Assembly (NCBI RefSeq): GCF_009914755.1
Contig: NC_060934.1
Origin: the human T2T-CHM13v2.0 reference genome, Homo sapiens
Length of the DNA stretch: 64,000 bases
Strand: one strand, 5' to 3'
In this document: positions 1 through 16,474 of the stretch, piece by piece
Numbering within the stretch: the stretch's first letter is position 1
How the letters are laid out: the number at the start of each line of letters is the position of its first letter
The notes under the pieces: model-generated
Databases searched by the model: none
What the model was told of the DNA's origin: nothing
Seen by the model: only the letters and a program-made list of their open reading frames with translations
Made by a program: the position numbers and the translations under genes

Positions 1-620
1 GTTCACATTACCAATAAATACATGATTAAGACCTGTCCTTCCTAGTAATTAGGAAAAGGATTATTAAAGTATTATAACATTTTGACATATACACTACACA
101 TATTTCATTGGTAGAAGGAAAAATAAAGTAGATAACGTTGACTGGCAAGGATGTGGAAAACGGAGTGTTCTCAAACATAGTAGAAAAATGAGTTTTACAG
201 CATATAAAAAGTCACCTAATGACTTCCTTTATCATTTTATGTGCCTATCTTCTAATAATGCCATCCCTGCAAATCTATTTCTAGAAGTAAAAGAACTGAC
301 ATATATCAACATATGCAATTGGATGTTGATGTCTTTGACTGTAGTAGCAAAAAAGTAGGTAAAATGATTATTTTGTAATAAGAATATGCTTAAATATTTT
401 GTAGTTTATTTATATCATGGTATATTTAAGTCATTATAATGAATGAAATAAATCAATAATAGATGGCTTGGAGACAGAGTTACAGGAGAAAACAAGATGC
501 AGAGAGCTACAGTATAAAATAATATTTTTGTAAAACAATTGAAACTATATAACTTTTATGTTTAAATTCACCTTAATATATAGAGATATGGTATATTACA
601 ATGAAACCTATTAACCTTCT
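1..620 (+). mobile_element. Ancient L1 (L1M/L1ME-type) 3' fragment
   Basis: Degenerate L1 ORF2-end/3'UTR motifs, e.g. 'gactggcaaggatgtggaaaacggagtgttctcaaaca'; boundaries approximate. Confidence 0.55.
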
Positions 621-882
621 TCATTTCTTTATAAGAATACAAAGTAACATATAAATGAAAGAGTACGAAATTGTGAATATTGAATATGTAAGGTGGACAA
701 AGGCTAGATGAGGATGGGCTGAGGGTAGGAGACAGATAAGAATAAGAAGCAGCAAAAAGAGGAGAAAGAGGAAAAGGAAATCAGCTTTATTATTACAGAT
801 GAAACTTTATGAAAGTGCATGACTTTTTAACTATGAATTCAACAGTAAAGCCCTTGAAACTAGAAATAGACAGATAAGTAGA

Positions 883-1180
<298 letters not shown>

Positions 1181-1289
1181 TAACTTTCCCTTACCCATGC
1201 TCCCTAAGATTTTTTTTTACCCAAGACCTTAAGGAAGTACAACTGAAAACAGATATGAAGATAGCTTGTATATAATATATTTTAAATTG

Positions 1290-1475
1290 TTGTGCTGCAC
1301 CTTGCTGTCGACTCAGCATCACCTCACCATAATAATCTAAGGCTGAGAACCATGGTTCCCAGAATCCCTTTTTCTATGAGGGAATTAGCATTTGTCAATA
1401 AGAGGAACTTGTATGAGAGTTGAGGGAGAAAGAGTGGAGCCATCATTCTCAGGAGGCTGTGTGGATCAGATACAG
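1290..1475 (+). mobile_element. Old ERVL-type LTR fragment (LTR33/LTR16-like)
   Basis: 'ttcccagaatccctt...tcaataagaggaacttgtatgagagttgaggg' resembles remembered LTR33/LTR16 consensus; weak. Confidence 0.3.
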
Positions 1476-3437
1476 TTTAATACAGTGGCTGCATTAAACC
1501 ATTTACAGACCAAATGAGTAAAGTGGCTTCTCCTTTCCTGACAGATTTCTGGCTGATAGAGTTATATATGAATAGAGAGTTATCATACAGAAAAGAAAGT
1601 TAAATTAAAATAATAGCCATAATAGAAGAAACCACTAATTGAGCAGTAAGCTCAGAGTCACAGAAGCAGCCATCCCAGAGTGAAGCAATAAGGGTGTGCT
1701 GCATTGTCTGGAAAGAATTCATATTTTAAAAATCAGCTAAATTGCGTTCCACTTTTTATTATCATAAGACCCACATTTCTATACCGTGTCAGGGATAAAA
1801 TAATCCTCCCTGCAGGGTGGGACTCTCCCAATGCCCACTGTTCTTGGTCCATCACTGGAATAATAACAATTAATGCATCAAAACACGTACATGCAATGTA
1901 TCCCAAAAGATATAGAAGCATCTTGGCAGGTGGAACTTGACTGTAAATTGTTTCAATTGAGCTATAATATCTACATAAAACATGCATCAATTAGAAGTGG
2001 TTATTAAGGGTTTGTCAGCAATGGGAACTTAGAAAAAGACTAGACATAATGACAGTATCTGTGTTCAGGGGTCCTAATTTTTGGACTGTTTTCTCTTTTT
2101 TTTGGTGACAAGGTTGAATTTAGTGAGGAAGTAGATTCATTAGGATTTCAGCAAATGAAGTTTCATTATGAGTGATAGACTATCTAGATTGTGAGAGGAA
2201 TGGTGAGGTGATTTTAGCATAATGTCAATATATATTCTATTCATCTTACTCTCCTTATTTCATGCTCCACTAGAAACCTACTGATTGGATCTATCTGCCC
2301 AAGTAAATTTGCCTAAATGTAGAGAAGACACTGATCATGCACACTTAGAATATTCTTGGACTTGAGGAAGTAATTTCTTATTGTAAATGTAAAACAAAAA
2401 AAAAACAGTCTTGGTTTCATTTTAGTGAAAATCACTCACCTGGGTTTGATTATCTCTAAAAATTTTAAGAGCAAAGGTGTGGAAATTCAGCAACGTAGCC
2501 TTACTTTTAAAAACGTTTTTGCTAGTTTTTGCAGAAAATACCATTCAAGCTAGAAACTAAGCTTGCCAATTATTAATTCTGAACACCTTCTCTTACATTG
2601 GGTGACTATATATTATCCTGACAAGTGCTGTGGAAAAAAATGATTATTGTTAATTTATACCTTGAAATGCAGTTGAGTATTTGCCAAATAATGAGAAAAA
2701 TGACCAGGTATGTTTTTGGATGGTGGGGAGGAGAGAATTCCGAATACTTGATTACATGCACTTGCTTCTTTAGATTCTTTTAAATTAAAGGCCATACGTG
2801 GTTTATTTGGCAGGTTTGGCACAATCTTCCGAGTCAACCACCATCTTTGCTGCTGGTTTCAGTGAAGAAAGGAATATAAGTGCAAAGGACCATTAACTGT
2901 TTTCATGTCTTCCGTCACTACAAATGATGAGGAATTCATTTGAGCATACCAAATTTTAGAATCTAAATAGTCTGACCTGTTCCAAGAAGAATTTTCAGCA
3001 GGCTTCCTTTTCAGATTTTCTTTGTCTAGATTTTAGTACTAAAAGTGTTTTTTTTCCCCTCCCTTTTTGTAGTTTAGAATCTATTTGTGGGAGTTGTAAA
3101 GGAAAAGAGACTCAACCAAACTAGCTAGCAAAGTGATTTTTGTCATAAGAATACAAAAAGAATTCATAGGAATAACCTTTGAATGTTAACTGCAGAGAGA
3201 TAAGACTCACCGGAATGGAATTTATACAGCCCGATCACCTCTCCCTTATGTTTCTTCTTCTTTTCCAGTTTCTGCTGTCTAATGACTGGCTTCTTATCTC
3301 TGCTTTTAAGAGACTGCATGGGCTCTGAAGCTGTTAGATGAAATTAAATGAAAATGATATTTTTAAGCTCAAAAACAGAGAGATATTGTCAATATCATAG
3401 CATCCAACTATATGTGAGGCTTAAGATAAAAACCCTC

Positions 3438-4007
<570 letters not shown>

Positions 4008-5344
4008 CTTTTTTCTCCATTCTATTACTATTGGCTCTCTTTTTTTCCATTTTCTTCACTTTTCTCCTTACTTGTTTCTCCTAACTTTCTCACTTCCAGC
4101 CTTAGCTAAGCTTCCTGAAGGTCTATGGATTTGCTGACCTTCATCCATTGACCATCACTTGTATTGGTTACTGGTAGAGGTGGAGGTGGAAATAAAAGGG
4201 GTAAGACAGTAGCAAGCATGGTCATCAAGATAGTAGGTTATGTCAGTGAGCAATTCTCTCAGTAGGGAGAAGTTAAAAGTTGACAGTATCTATCAAAGGA
4301 TGTGCATTAATAGAATGAATATCATTTATTTATAGAGGTTGTATGGTTTTAAAAACATACAGGGGTACCTCTGCTTCTAAGAAGGTAGTGTAGATTTACT
4401 TTTTCCTATTCCCCCCACTAAGTATAACAAATTATTTTATATTTTATATACAATAATTGTATATGTGTGTATATACATATATACACACAATTGTACATAT
4501 GTATATATATTAAACAAATACAAGATTTTGAAAGATGGAGAGAAAAGAGCAGGCTAGCTAGGGGCCTCAGGACCAAAGGAATAACATAGTGGAGTTCCCT
4601 GGGTTTTCTTCTTGCCAGCTAACATAGCCCAGCCTGGATACTAGAGACAAAAACTGGAAATGTCAGCAAATGTGAATAAAAACATAAAATGACAAAGACT
4701 CCTCTTTCTAGCCAAGGGACCATGAAAGTAGCAATCAGCAAGACAGAAACTTTTTAGACTAAAACCATTCTACTACAATCACATACCACAGAAAAAGCTG
4801 CTGCAACACACCACCATCAATAGCAAAGGCCAAGTAGAGCCCATGTAGCTACCCTTGCCAGACTGTCACAAAGCAGCCAAACCACTGTGCTGAAAGATGT
4901 CAGAAAAATCCAACTGGAAGCTGGCTCATAAACCCCCACTAGATTGTAGGGAGCCTCCCCTCCCTCACTGTGGTGTCTGTAGAGACCACATGCAGAGCCA
5001 GAAATTCTATGCCCATACTTCCAGCAATGATGTGTTCTTCTCTCTCCCTGCCAGGGAGGTGTCAGATGGGATGCCTAGTGGAGTCAGATTGTTCACCACC
5101 ATTCAGTGGTGATAATGCCACCACCCCCATAATATCAGTGGAGGTCACGTGGGGGAACAGTAATGAAGCAACCCTCCTCCTAGCTAGGGAGAAACTGAAT
5201 GAAGCCCTAATGGATAGCCTGAACCCTCACCTTTAACCAGCAGTAGGAGCCCTTCTCTGCCTAACTGTTAATGGAGGCCAGCTGCTGAACTCGGACTTTC
5301 ATCTCTACTTGGCAGTAACAACATGGGAATCTCTGCTTCTGTGG

Positions 5345-5595
5345 TTATATTGCCTGCTTCTCTTGCATAGTCAAGTGTCCTTTTGCCTCTCTTTTACAAG
5401 GATATTTGTGATTATATTTGGGTTTACCTGGATAATCCAGGATAATCCCCTTATTTCAAAATCCTTGACCTAATTACATGTGGAAAGACTTGTGTGTGTG
5501 TATGTGTGTGTGTGTGTGTGTCATATAAGGTGTTATTTGTAGGTCCCATCGTTAGGATGTAGTTATCTTTTGGATCCATTATATAGCCTACCACA
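5345..5595 (-). mobile_element. MLT1 (MaLR) LTR fragment containing a (TG)n tract at ~5492-5521
   Basis: 'cctggataatccaggataatcccc...aaaatccttgacctaattacat...agcctaccaca' typical of MLT1 5' half in reverse. Confidence 0.8.
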
Positions 5596-6289
5596 GATGC
5601 TAACACAGAGAAGATACAGGTGTTAGAATTATTTAGCAAAGATTTTAAAGCAACCATAATAAAAATGCTTCAATAAGCAATTAAGAGCATGTTTGAAGCA
5701 TGAAAAAATAGACAGTCTCAGAAAAGAAATAGAAAACCTCAGCAAAGAAATAGAATATATAAATAAGAGCCAAATGGAAATTTTCGAACTAAATTATACA
5801 ATAACTAAAATAAAAAAAAAAGTCAATGGGACAGATCAACATAAAATGAAGACAGAAGAATCAAAAGTTAGAATAATGTAAATTATCATTATCTAATCTG
5901 AGCAATAAGGAGAAAATGGACTAAAAATATAAATGAGCAGAATCTCAGGAACATGTGGAACTAAAAAAAAAACACATTAAATTCATAATATTGAGTCCAA
6001 AAGGAGAGGAGAAAAGGGATGAGGTTAAAAATATAAATATGAACATCTCCCAAATTTGGCAAAAATCATAAACCTATGGATTCAAAAAGCTAATCATAGA
6101 CTAATCAGCATAAACCCAAAGAAATCCACACCAAGACACGGCGTAGTGAATCTTTTGAAAACTAATGTGAGAAAAAAATCTTAAAAGCAGCAAAAGCAAA
6201 AGATCACCATACTTATAGGGAAAATTTTTAAGTAACAGTGGATTTCTCATAAGAAACTGTAAAGCCCAGAAAGTAATATGACATTTTGT

Positions 6290-6928
6290 TGTTTTGTTTA
6301 GATTTATTTTTATTTTCACTTAATTTATGCAGAATTTATTTCTAGACCCTAAATTTATGTTTCTTCAGTTTCTTCTGGGATGTCTTTCTCTTCTGTACAA
6401 CCTGCTTTACTGGTTTGGAAACAATTTATTCTTTTTAGTAAAAATCATCTCAATGTAGCAAAGTTAGCTAATGTATGAGTTAATTGAACTGTAAAGTCAG
6501 TAAGTATGGTGGTATCTTGAGTGCTTTGTTCAGCTGGATATCTTTGACTAGATAATCTATGTCTAAATTCAGCTAACCCTTAAATTCACTATTAATTTGT
6601 GCATTTTTAAGCATGTGTAGCAACAATTCAGCACTCTTTTTAAGCCATCGACCTTGTGTCCAACTGTATTGTTTGACTTGGGTAAGCCCAACAACTCCAC
6701 TGCTGTAATGATAAAATAATATGCATTTCTTCTGTAAAGGGACGTCTTTCAGATTCACAATGATATTTTGAATATGCGTACTCTTGATGGTCTGGACAGT
6801 TTTAGTTATTCTTAAAGTGAATGTGAAGATTTGAACTTCTAGATTTGTGGAATTTTGTAAAATTTTCAGGACAAATGAATAACAAACCATTTTTCAGAGG
6901 TCATCTCAGATTGTTTATTGGAAGAGAA
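6290..6928 (-). pseudogene. RPL17: Processed pseudogene of 60S ribosomal protein L17 (uL22)
   Basis: ATG at 6890; translation MVCYS... and LKDVPLQKKC...[21 protein letters not shown] matches RPL17 (LKDVTLQKQC...[21 protein letters not shown]); C-terminal SQKKLKK with native stop at ~6336; pyrimidine-starting 5'UTR; no introns; frameshift, premature stops, degenerate A-tail (T-rich on +). Confidence 0.95.
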
Positions 6929-7412
6929 CATTGTTTTTCAAGTGCTGAAATTAAAAACAACCGTCAACCCGGAATTTTACATCCAGTGACATTATTCTGC
7001 AGTAATATAAGGAAAGTAAAGACATTCACAGATGAAGGAAAACTAAGAGAATTTGTTACCAGCTACCTACCCCAAAAGAACACTAATAGAAATCTTCTAA
7101 ATAGAAAGGAAATGACAGTAGAAGAAATTATGGGGATATCAGAAAAGAAGAAAGAACATGGAAGAAGAAAAACTATGGTTAGTAAATTAAACTTTCTTTT
7201 CCTCTTAAATTTTCTAAGTGCTGTTTGATGGTTTAAGTAATATTATAATACTGTCTGATGCCTAATGTGTTTTTAATGTATGTAGAAGAAATGTTTAATA
7301 ATCATATTATAAATGGGAGAGGGTAAAGGGACATAAACAAAGATGGTTTCTATAATATTCTTCATTTGAATTAGTAAAATTGGACACCAGTACATTTCGG
7401 TAAATTATGTCT

Positions 7413-7943
7413 TGTGGTAGGCAGAATAATGGCCTCCAAAGATGTTTATGTCCTTATTCTCATACTTTTTGAATATGGTAGCTTACATGACAAAGGAAAT
7501 AGAGGTAGCTGATGAAATTAAGGTTGCTCATCAGCTTACCTTAACATAGGAAGATTATTTTGGATTATCCCATGGACCAAAAAACAAAAACAAAACAAAA
7601 CAAAATCCAAAAAACGAAACAAAGAATGTGAAAGAAGAAGGCAGAAAGGAAGGTCAGAATGACATGACTTAAAAAGGACTTCATCTGTTATTTCTGGCTT
7701 TGAAGGTGAGGGAATGGCACCATGAGTCAAGGAATGCAGGTGTGCTTTAGAAAAGAGGATGACAAGAAAACAGGTTATATTTAGTGTCTCTAGAAGGGAG
7801 TACAGCCTGGCTAACCTTTATTTTTATCCAGTGTAGCCTGTGTCAGACTTCTGAGCTGTAAACTTCTAAGATAATAAATTTGCTTTGCCTGAAGCCACTA
7901 AGTTTATGTTAATTCATTACGGCACCAGCGAAACACTAATTCA
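7413..7943 (+). mobile_element. MLT1D-like MaLR solo LTR
   Basis: Starts 'tgtggtaggcagaataatggcc', ends 'gccactaagttt...cactaattca'; internal (CAAAA)n. Confidence 0.85.
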
Positions 7944-7959
7944 ACTGCCAATCTAATTT

Positions 7960-10770
<2,811 letters not shown>

Positions 10771-10944
10771 ACAATAATGAAAATAAGGTTTTATAACATT
10801 GCATAACTTTGGTTTTTATATAAGAAATTTAAAAGAACTTAGGAATTGTTCATTCTTCTCTTCAACCTTTCAACCAGATGCACTCACATTTATAGCACAC
10901 ATGTAATATATACCCACATACATAAAAATTTTACAGATTCGGAT

Positions 10945-11045
10945 TTGGATACTAAGGGAAATTAAAGGACTTTTCTGAGTTCATTGAGCTAGTGATAGAG
11001 TTAGGATAAGACTCAGGCTTCTAGCTTCTACCCATTCCACTGTAT
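10945..11045 (-). mobile_element. MIR fragment
   Basis: 'actaagggaaattaaaggactt...gagctagtgatagagttaggataagactcagg'. Confidence 0.45.
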
Positions 11046-11231
11046 TTGGTTCTCTCTTCACAGTATCATACACCATATATAAAACACTGCACATCCTTTT
11101 TCATATATTGTAAATAATGAAAACAAGACACAACAAAAATATTAAGGAGAGCCTATAAACCCCTGGATTAGTAACTATTTCAATCTTGATTACGTTGCTT
11201 TAAAAAAATCTGTAACATGCTTTTTTATCCT

Positions 11232-11340
11232 AGGTTTCAAGGATCTGTAGGTTGTTTATGAGTGGACTTTGGAAGGTTTACAAATCTTTTGAAATTGTAT
11301 GCTAACTTCTGTGTTCATGTAGTATGCTCATTTTTCTGAT
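11232..11340. mobile_element. hAT-Charlie (MER103-like) fragment
   Basis: 'tgaaattgtatgctaacttctgtg...tgctcatttttctg' resembles MER103. Confidence 0.35.
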
Positions 11341-12713
11341 CAGTAACTCCCACTGATTCTCATAGATTCATTCACTCCTCCCTCAAGAAATATCACTGAA
11401 AAATTAAGGATTATTTCCCATTTAAAAAGTAAATGTAAATGAACTTTGAACTTTTGTATAAACATGGAGTGATAATGCACCCCAAGCAAGAGTCCAAAAG
11501 ATGAAACTACAAAAAATATATACATATAATTGACTATGTGACATTTAAAACAAAAAATATACTCAGAAAAACTTGAAGGAAAAAGTAAAACATAAATAAA
11601 ACATAGTAATCAATGAGTTGACAATTTTTATAACATATTTTTAGAACAGTGCCTGTTATAGTGAGAACTATATTTATTATTATGTATGCAAGATAAAGTT
11701 ATTATTTGAAAAATTAATAGTATAAAACATTCTTATAATATATTGGGTTAAAAATAACCCTAGAATTATAAAAGTGCATATCTCAAGGAAACTACCAAGA
11801 TGTTAGTCATTGGGTTGTAAAATTACTAATTATTTTTGTTTTTATTTTCATCCTTTCCTGTATAGGCTATCTTTCATAGAAATAGTCTCATAAATCAGCA
11901 AAATGAAAAGCATCCAAACAGAAAAATTGAGCAAAGCATATGAATATACATTTGAAGAGAAGGAAATGCAAATTATAAAACATATGAAAATATCTTCTTC
12001 ATCACCAGTAATCAAAATGATAGCAATTTAAACCACAGCAAGATACTCGTTTTCATGTCTCTGATTATTTACATTGAGTATCTAGCTTTTAACCGTACAT
12101 TCAGAAGAATGCTATACAATGTTAAAGATATAAAAAAAGTGTTGCCGCTGGAAGACATTTTACATTTAAAGTAATTTAAATGCTTTTTTTAAATCTCTCT
12201 TATCTGAAGACTATTAATTGTATGAAATTGAATGGTATTGTTTTGATCTGGCACTAATTTATATTAATAAAATGAAAAAATTAATTGTAATGGCGATTAA
12301 TCTTATCACATGCCATATATATATATATAATTTTTTTTTCTCCTGCAGCTATTTGAGAAATAAGTTGTTTGGAATAAAAATTAAGCATTGCAGCGTCAAG
12401 GAACAATTGTGGCTACCCAGAAAAGTATAGAAAATCAAAAGTCTGTCTAGTATGAGATTTTAAGGTTGGTGTTGCAACAATTCAAGCCGAATCAAGCTAA
12501 AAAGAAAAAATAAATAAAGCCAACAAGAAAACGTCTGAGCGATAAAGTAAATATAGTAAGGCCTATAATTGAGCAGCTGCAGTTCTCAAGAATTATGTTA
12601 AATTTCTTTGCCTGTGCTTTTAAATTTAATCCTCAAAGTATTCATGAATTAAAGAGACTAATATTCTGTATTATAAATTGTGGAATTGAACACTGGAGAA
12701 TAAAATTACTTAC

Positions 12714-12773
12714 TCAGGGTCGTTTAGTTACTGACGGGCAGAATCTCAAATCAATGCAGGTCGACTCGTTCTG
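12714..12773 (-). other. Candidate non-coding exon (NAGNAG acceptor, GTAAGT donor)
   Basis: Minus strand: cgtacttttTAG|CAG|AACGAG...CCCTGA|GTAAGT; 4 CpGs in 60 nt; stop in all frames. Confidence 0.3.
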
Positions 12774-13719
12774 CTAAAAAGTACGAAATGCTATATATCC
12801 GAAGATATCTTTAGCAAGAAATAAACACAAAAATACAAGCACTGTGAGTTGCAGCATCTTTTAAAATAGAGAACAGTATAATTGTACATGAGATGCATAT
12901 CCCAAATTTCTCAAGCCTTAACAGCTGGTGGAAATGAGCAAGGTTCAGGAACCAACCATCAAACTGTACTTTGAACCTAAAGACTTGTTCAACTTTCTGT
13001 GAACTACTTGTTTCCATTGATTTTTTTCTTCTTATTGATTTGTTTTCCCTCAGGGCCCTGAAAATGGATGTGAATTGAAGTTCACTCAGCCTATGAGAGT
13101 AGATTAGAGTTACTGGAATTGCAAATGTGGACAGAGTTTAATTTCCCATCCAAAACCCCCCAGGGCATTTTAGCTGCCATGTAAGCCAGCTCATTACAAT
13201 ATAACACTGAGAAAGCATGGTTCTTTTTCTAGAACTGGATTACATATGCACAATGAAAAGTTACAACATGTTATAATGGTTTTGCGTTCTTTGTTACCAA
13301 AATAAAAATTGACAAAGTTTTTAAAATTTTAGACATCATTTTTATAAATTATAAAACATTGATACTGAGAAAACTGGATAGCTCTAACATTAGGGCATTT
13401 AAATTACTGGAGAAGTAAAGATGCCAATTGGCAGACCACAGTCATCCTGTAGCCATGGTTTAGTCGAATTACGACTTTTGCATGGAATACTTGATTATCA
13501 GCATAAGCAGGCAAAGGTCAGCCTTTAAATGGCTTTTCCTCCTTCTAAACATATTTTCGAGTTTATATAGTCCATCATTAGAGCCCATGATATATAAGAG
13601 ATAAATCGCTCTTGAGAGTGAATTAAGAGACCTATATTGTAGTTTATTTTATGTCCAGCTGATTTGACATTAGACAGTTCACACGATCATTGCCTCCAGT
13701 TTTCTCAACGACAAAGGTC

Positions 13720-14140
13720 TGGAAATTTGGACACTCCTTACCTTTCAAATCTCATCTCCAGCTAGTCTTACTAACTTTTGGTTGCACAGAAATATTTTCA
13801 GCTTCAAATATTCTTCCAAACTTTTTCTTGCCTAAAACCTTTGCACACATTGTTGAGGTGTCTATTCGAAATGCTTTTCCCTAAGTTCTTTACATTGCTG
13901 ATGACTTCTTGTCATAGTTTTGATTAAATGAGCTCCCTTCAAAGAGGTCTTTGTGTTGAACTCATCTATGTAGGTCCCTCCCTTCTGCCTCATTCCTAGA
14001 ATTCTGTATTTTAAGATTTTGTAGGACATTAATTTATTTATTTTTATTATATGCTTATTTGCTTACATCACTATACATTTGTTTACCCCTTTATTCCCTT
14101 TCTCTGCCAACAAAACTAAATTTTCACAGGACAGGATCTA
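13720..14140 (+). mobile_element. L2 3' fragment
   Basis: 'cctttgcacacattgtt...aatgcttttccc...cccttcaaagaggtct'; an L2 terminal 'aaatatttgttgaat...aatgaatga' appears at ~16510. Confidence 0.6.
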
Positions 14141-14369
14141 AGATCTTATGTGTGTGGACACACATACTGTGCTCCCTCTAGAATTTCTCTTTATGAAGCA
14201 ATGGCTTCAGAGAGGGCTGTTCAGGCAGTATGAATGCAGAACTCAAGTCTAAACCCTCAATATCATGTCCTTTGGCTACCATCCAACTTGTTTCCTCATT
14301 TATTTATTTGTCTTTTTGACAATATTTTGCCAAGTTACACAGTCCTATCTGAATTTATAATTTACTAGG

Positions 14370-14372
14370 TAT

Positions 14373-14403
<31 letters not shown>

Positions 14404-14405
14404 TT
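14370..14405 (+). repeat. (ATTT)n microsatellite
   Basis: Direct reading. Confidence 0.9.
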
Positions 14406-14449
14406 TTGCTACTAGTAAACCCTGATTTTTTACTGCCTCCAATACAATA

Positions 14450-16474
14450 CAGTCCTGCATCACATAATGACCATGTGGTCAATGATGGACCACATATGTG
14501 ATAGTGGTCCCATAACATTATAACAGAGTTGGAAAATTCCTACTGATAGGGACAGGAGGCAGGGAACTTCTTAGCAGAAGAGGTGGGTCCCTGGCAATGG
14601 CCTCACCCTTAAGCTGAAAAGCCTGATATGGTGGCACAAATTGGGAACTAACATCCCTGTTTTCCTGCTTGAATGTTACCTTTTCCAAAACCACCCATGG
14701 CCTGCCCTGCCCCCAATCCTATGCCCATAAAAACCCCAGGCTCAGCTGGCAGTGTGAGGAGAAGCAGGCGGACATTAGAGACTATGCTTGGATGTTGAAG
14801 AGAAGCGGCTTGACTTCAGAGGGACAGCTTGATGGTATAGCTTTGGAGATGAGTTTGGCCAGGGATGGCCAGTCTCCAGGGGAAGATGACCTTCCTGCTC
14901 CATCCACTTTTCAGCTCTCCTTCCCACTGAGAGACAATTTCATCGGCAATAAAATCCCCTACATTTGTCATCTGCAATTCGTTCATGCGACCTCATTCCT
15001 CCTGGATGCCAGACAAGAACTTGTGTGCCACGAGTGTGGGTGCAAAAAGCTGTCACACTGACTCTCCACTGAGCTGTTAACACTTAAGCCATCCATGGAT
15101 GGTAAACTAAAAGGACACTGTAACACTTCTTCTGGGGCTTCAGGGGTTGCAGGCACCCTTTTCTAGATGCTGCTGCAAGGCTAGCATGGAGTTTGCTGTT
15201 GGCTGCGCCCAAAGGTGCTTGCCCCAGCTTCTGCACCTGCTCACCTGAGCACCCCCTCCTGTGAGGGGTGGAGCAGCGATTGATTGGAGTTTTCCCCTGC
15301 TGGCATCCAAGCACTCCAGTTCCTGCCAGCAAAGGGATCAGGGAAATATCCTGCTTCACTATTGCCTTATAACAACACTATTGCCTAGAGATCACAATGA
15401 CATAGCCATCATAAAGTCGTGGCACAACACATTATTCATGTGTTTGTGGTGATGCTGGTGTAAACAAACTTACTGTGTTGCCAGTCATATAAGTATAGTA
15501 CATACAGTTATGTACAGTACAAATACTTGACAATGATAACAAACAACTATGTGACTGCCTTTGTATTTACTAAACTATGCTTTTAATAATTAGAGTGTAC
15601 TTCTTATAAAAAGAAAAGTTAACTGTAAAACAGCCTCAGGCAGGTTTTTCAAGGGGTATTGCAGAAAAAGGAGTTATTATCACAGGAGAGGACAACTCCA
15701 TGCCTGTTATTGCCCCTGAAGAACTTTCAGTGGGACAAGATGTGGAGGTGAAAGATAATGATACTGATGACCCTGACCCTGTGAAAGCCTAGGCTAAGGT
15801 GCGTTTATGTCTTAGTTTTTAACAAAAAAGTTTACAAATTTTAAAAGAAATAGAAAAAAGCTTATAAATAAGGATATTAAGAAAGAAAATATTTTTGTTA
15901 ACTGTACAATGTATTTGTGGTGTAAATTGTTACTACAAAGGAGTCAAAAAGTTTAAAAAATTAAAAAGATTCTAATATAAAAAAGAGTAAGCTAAGGTTA
16001 ATTTATTATTAAAAAAAGGAAAACATTGTTTTTACAAATTTAGCTTGCTCTAAATATTTATATAGTCTACAGTAGTGTATAGCAATGTTCTTGGTCTTCA
16101 CATTCACTCACCACTCACTCACTGACTCACCCAGAGCAATTTCAAGTCTTGCACACTTCATTCAGTCAGTGCCCTAAACAAGTATAACGTTTTTATCTTC
16201 AAGACCATATTTTTACTGTACCTTTTCATGTTTAGATATGTCTGTTACACCAACACTTGCCATTGTGTTACAGTTGCTTATATTATCCAGGACAGTAACA
16301 TGCTGCACAGCTTTGTTACCTAGGAGTAATAGGCTATACCATATGGCCTAGGTGTGTAGTAGGCTATATGACCTATATTTGTGTAAGTACACTCTATATT
16401 GTTCACACAACAATGAAAGCACCTAATAACACATTTCTCAGAATGTATTACTGTGGTTAAGCAACACATGATTG
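14450..16474 (+). mobile_element. Tigger3 (Golem) non-autonomous DNA transposon, interrupted by an LTR
   Basis: TIRs cagtcctgcatc.../...acacatgattg with TA on both sides (14448-49, 16475-76); body matches Tigger3 ('ggtcccataacattataacagagttggaaaattccta', 'gtgatgctggtgtaaacaaac'). Confidence 0.9.
14544..15358 (+). mobile_element. ERV1 solo LTR (LTR1/LTR27/LTR28 group)
   Basis: TG...CA termini (tgatagggacaggaggcaggg ... cctgcttca), 4-bp TSD ctac/ctat, CCAAT 14713, CATAAAA 14726, AATAAA 14948. Confidence 0.85.

Larger units (their letters stand above)
4368..7410 (+). mobile_element. Ancient L1M (L1MC/L1MD-type) 5'UTR + ORF1, interrupted by MLT1 and RPL17 retrocopy
   Basis: 5' end motif 'gtagatttactttttcctattccccccactaagtataac'; ORF 5693-5881 resembles ORF1p coiled coil (EIENLSKEIEYINKSQMEIFEL); 6960-7080 resembles ORF1p CTD (QPGILHP...KTFTDEGKLREFVTS). 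Confidence 0.8.

Noticed and set aside
1733-1990. 85-aa minus-strand ORF with hydrophobic stretch and possible exon signals
   Set aside because: No recognisable homology, weak donor (GTATAG); compatible with chance
6845-7228. 127-aa plus-strand ORF
   Set aside because: Chimera of antisense RPL17 pseudogene and decayed L1 ORF1 C-terminal domain; non-ATG start
14669-15061. 130-aa ORF
   Set aside because: Lies entirely within the ERV1 solo LTR; no retroviral protein similarity
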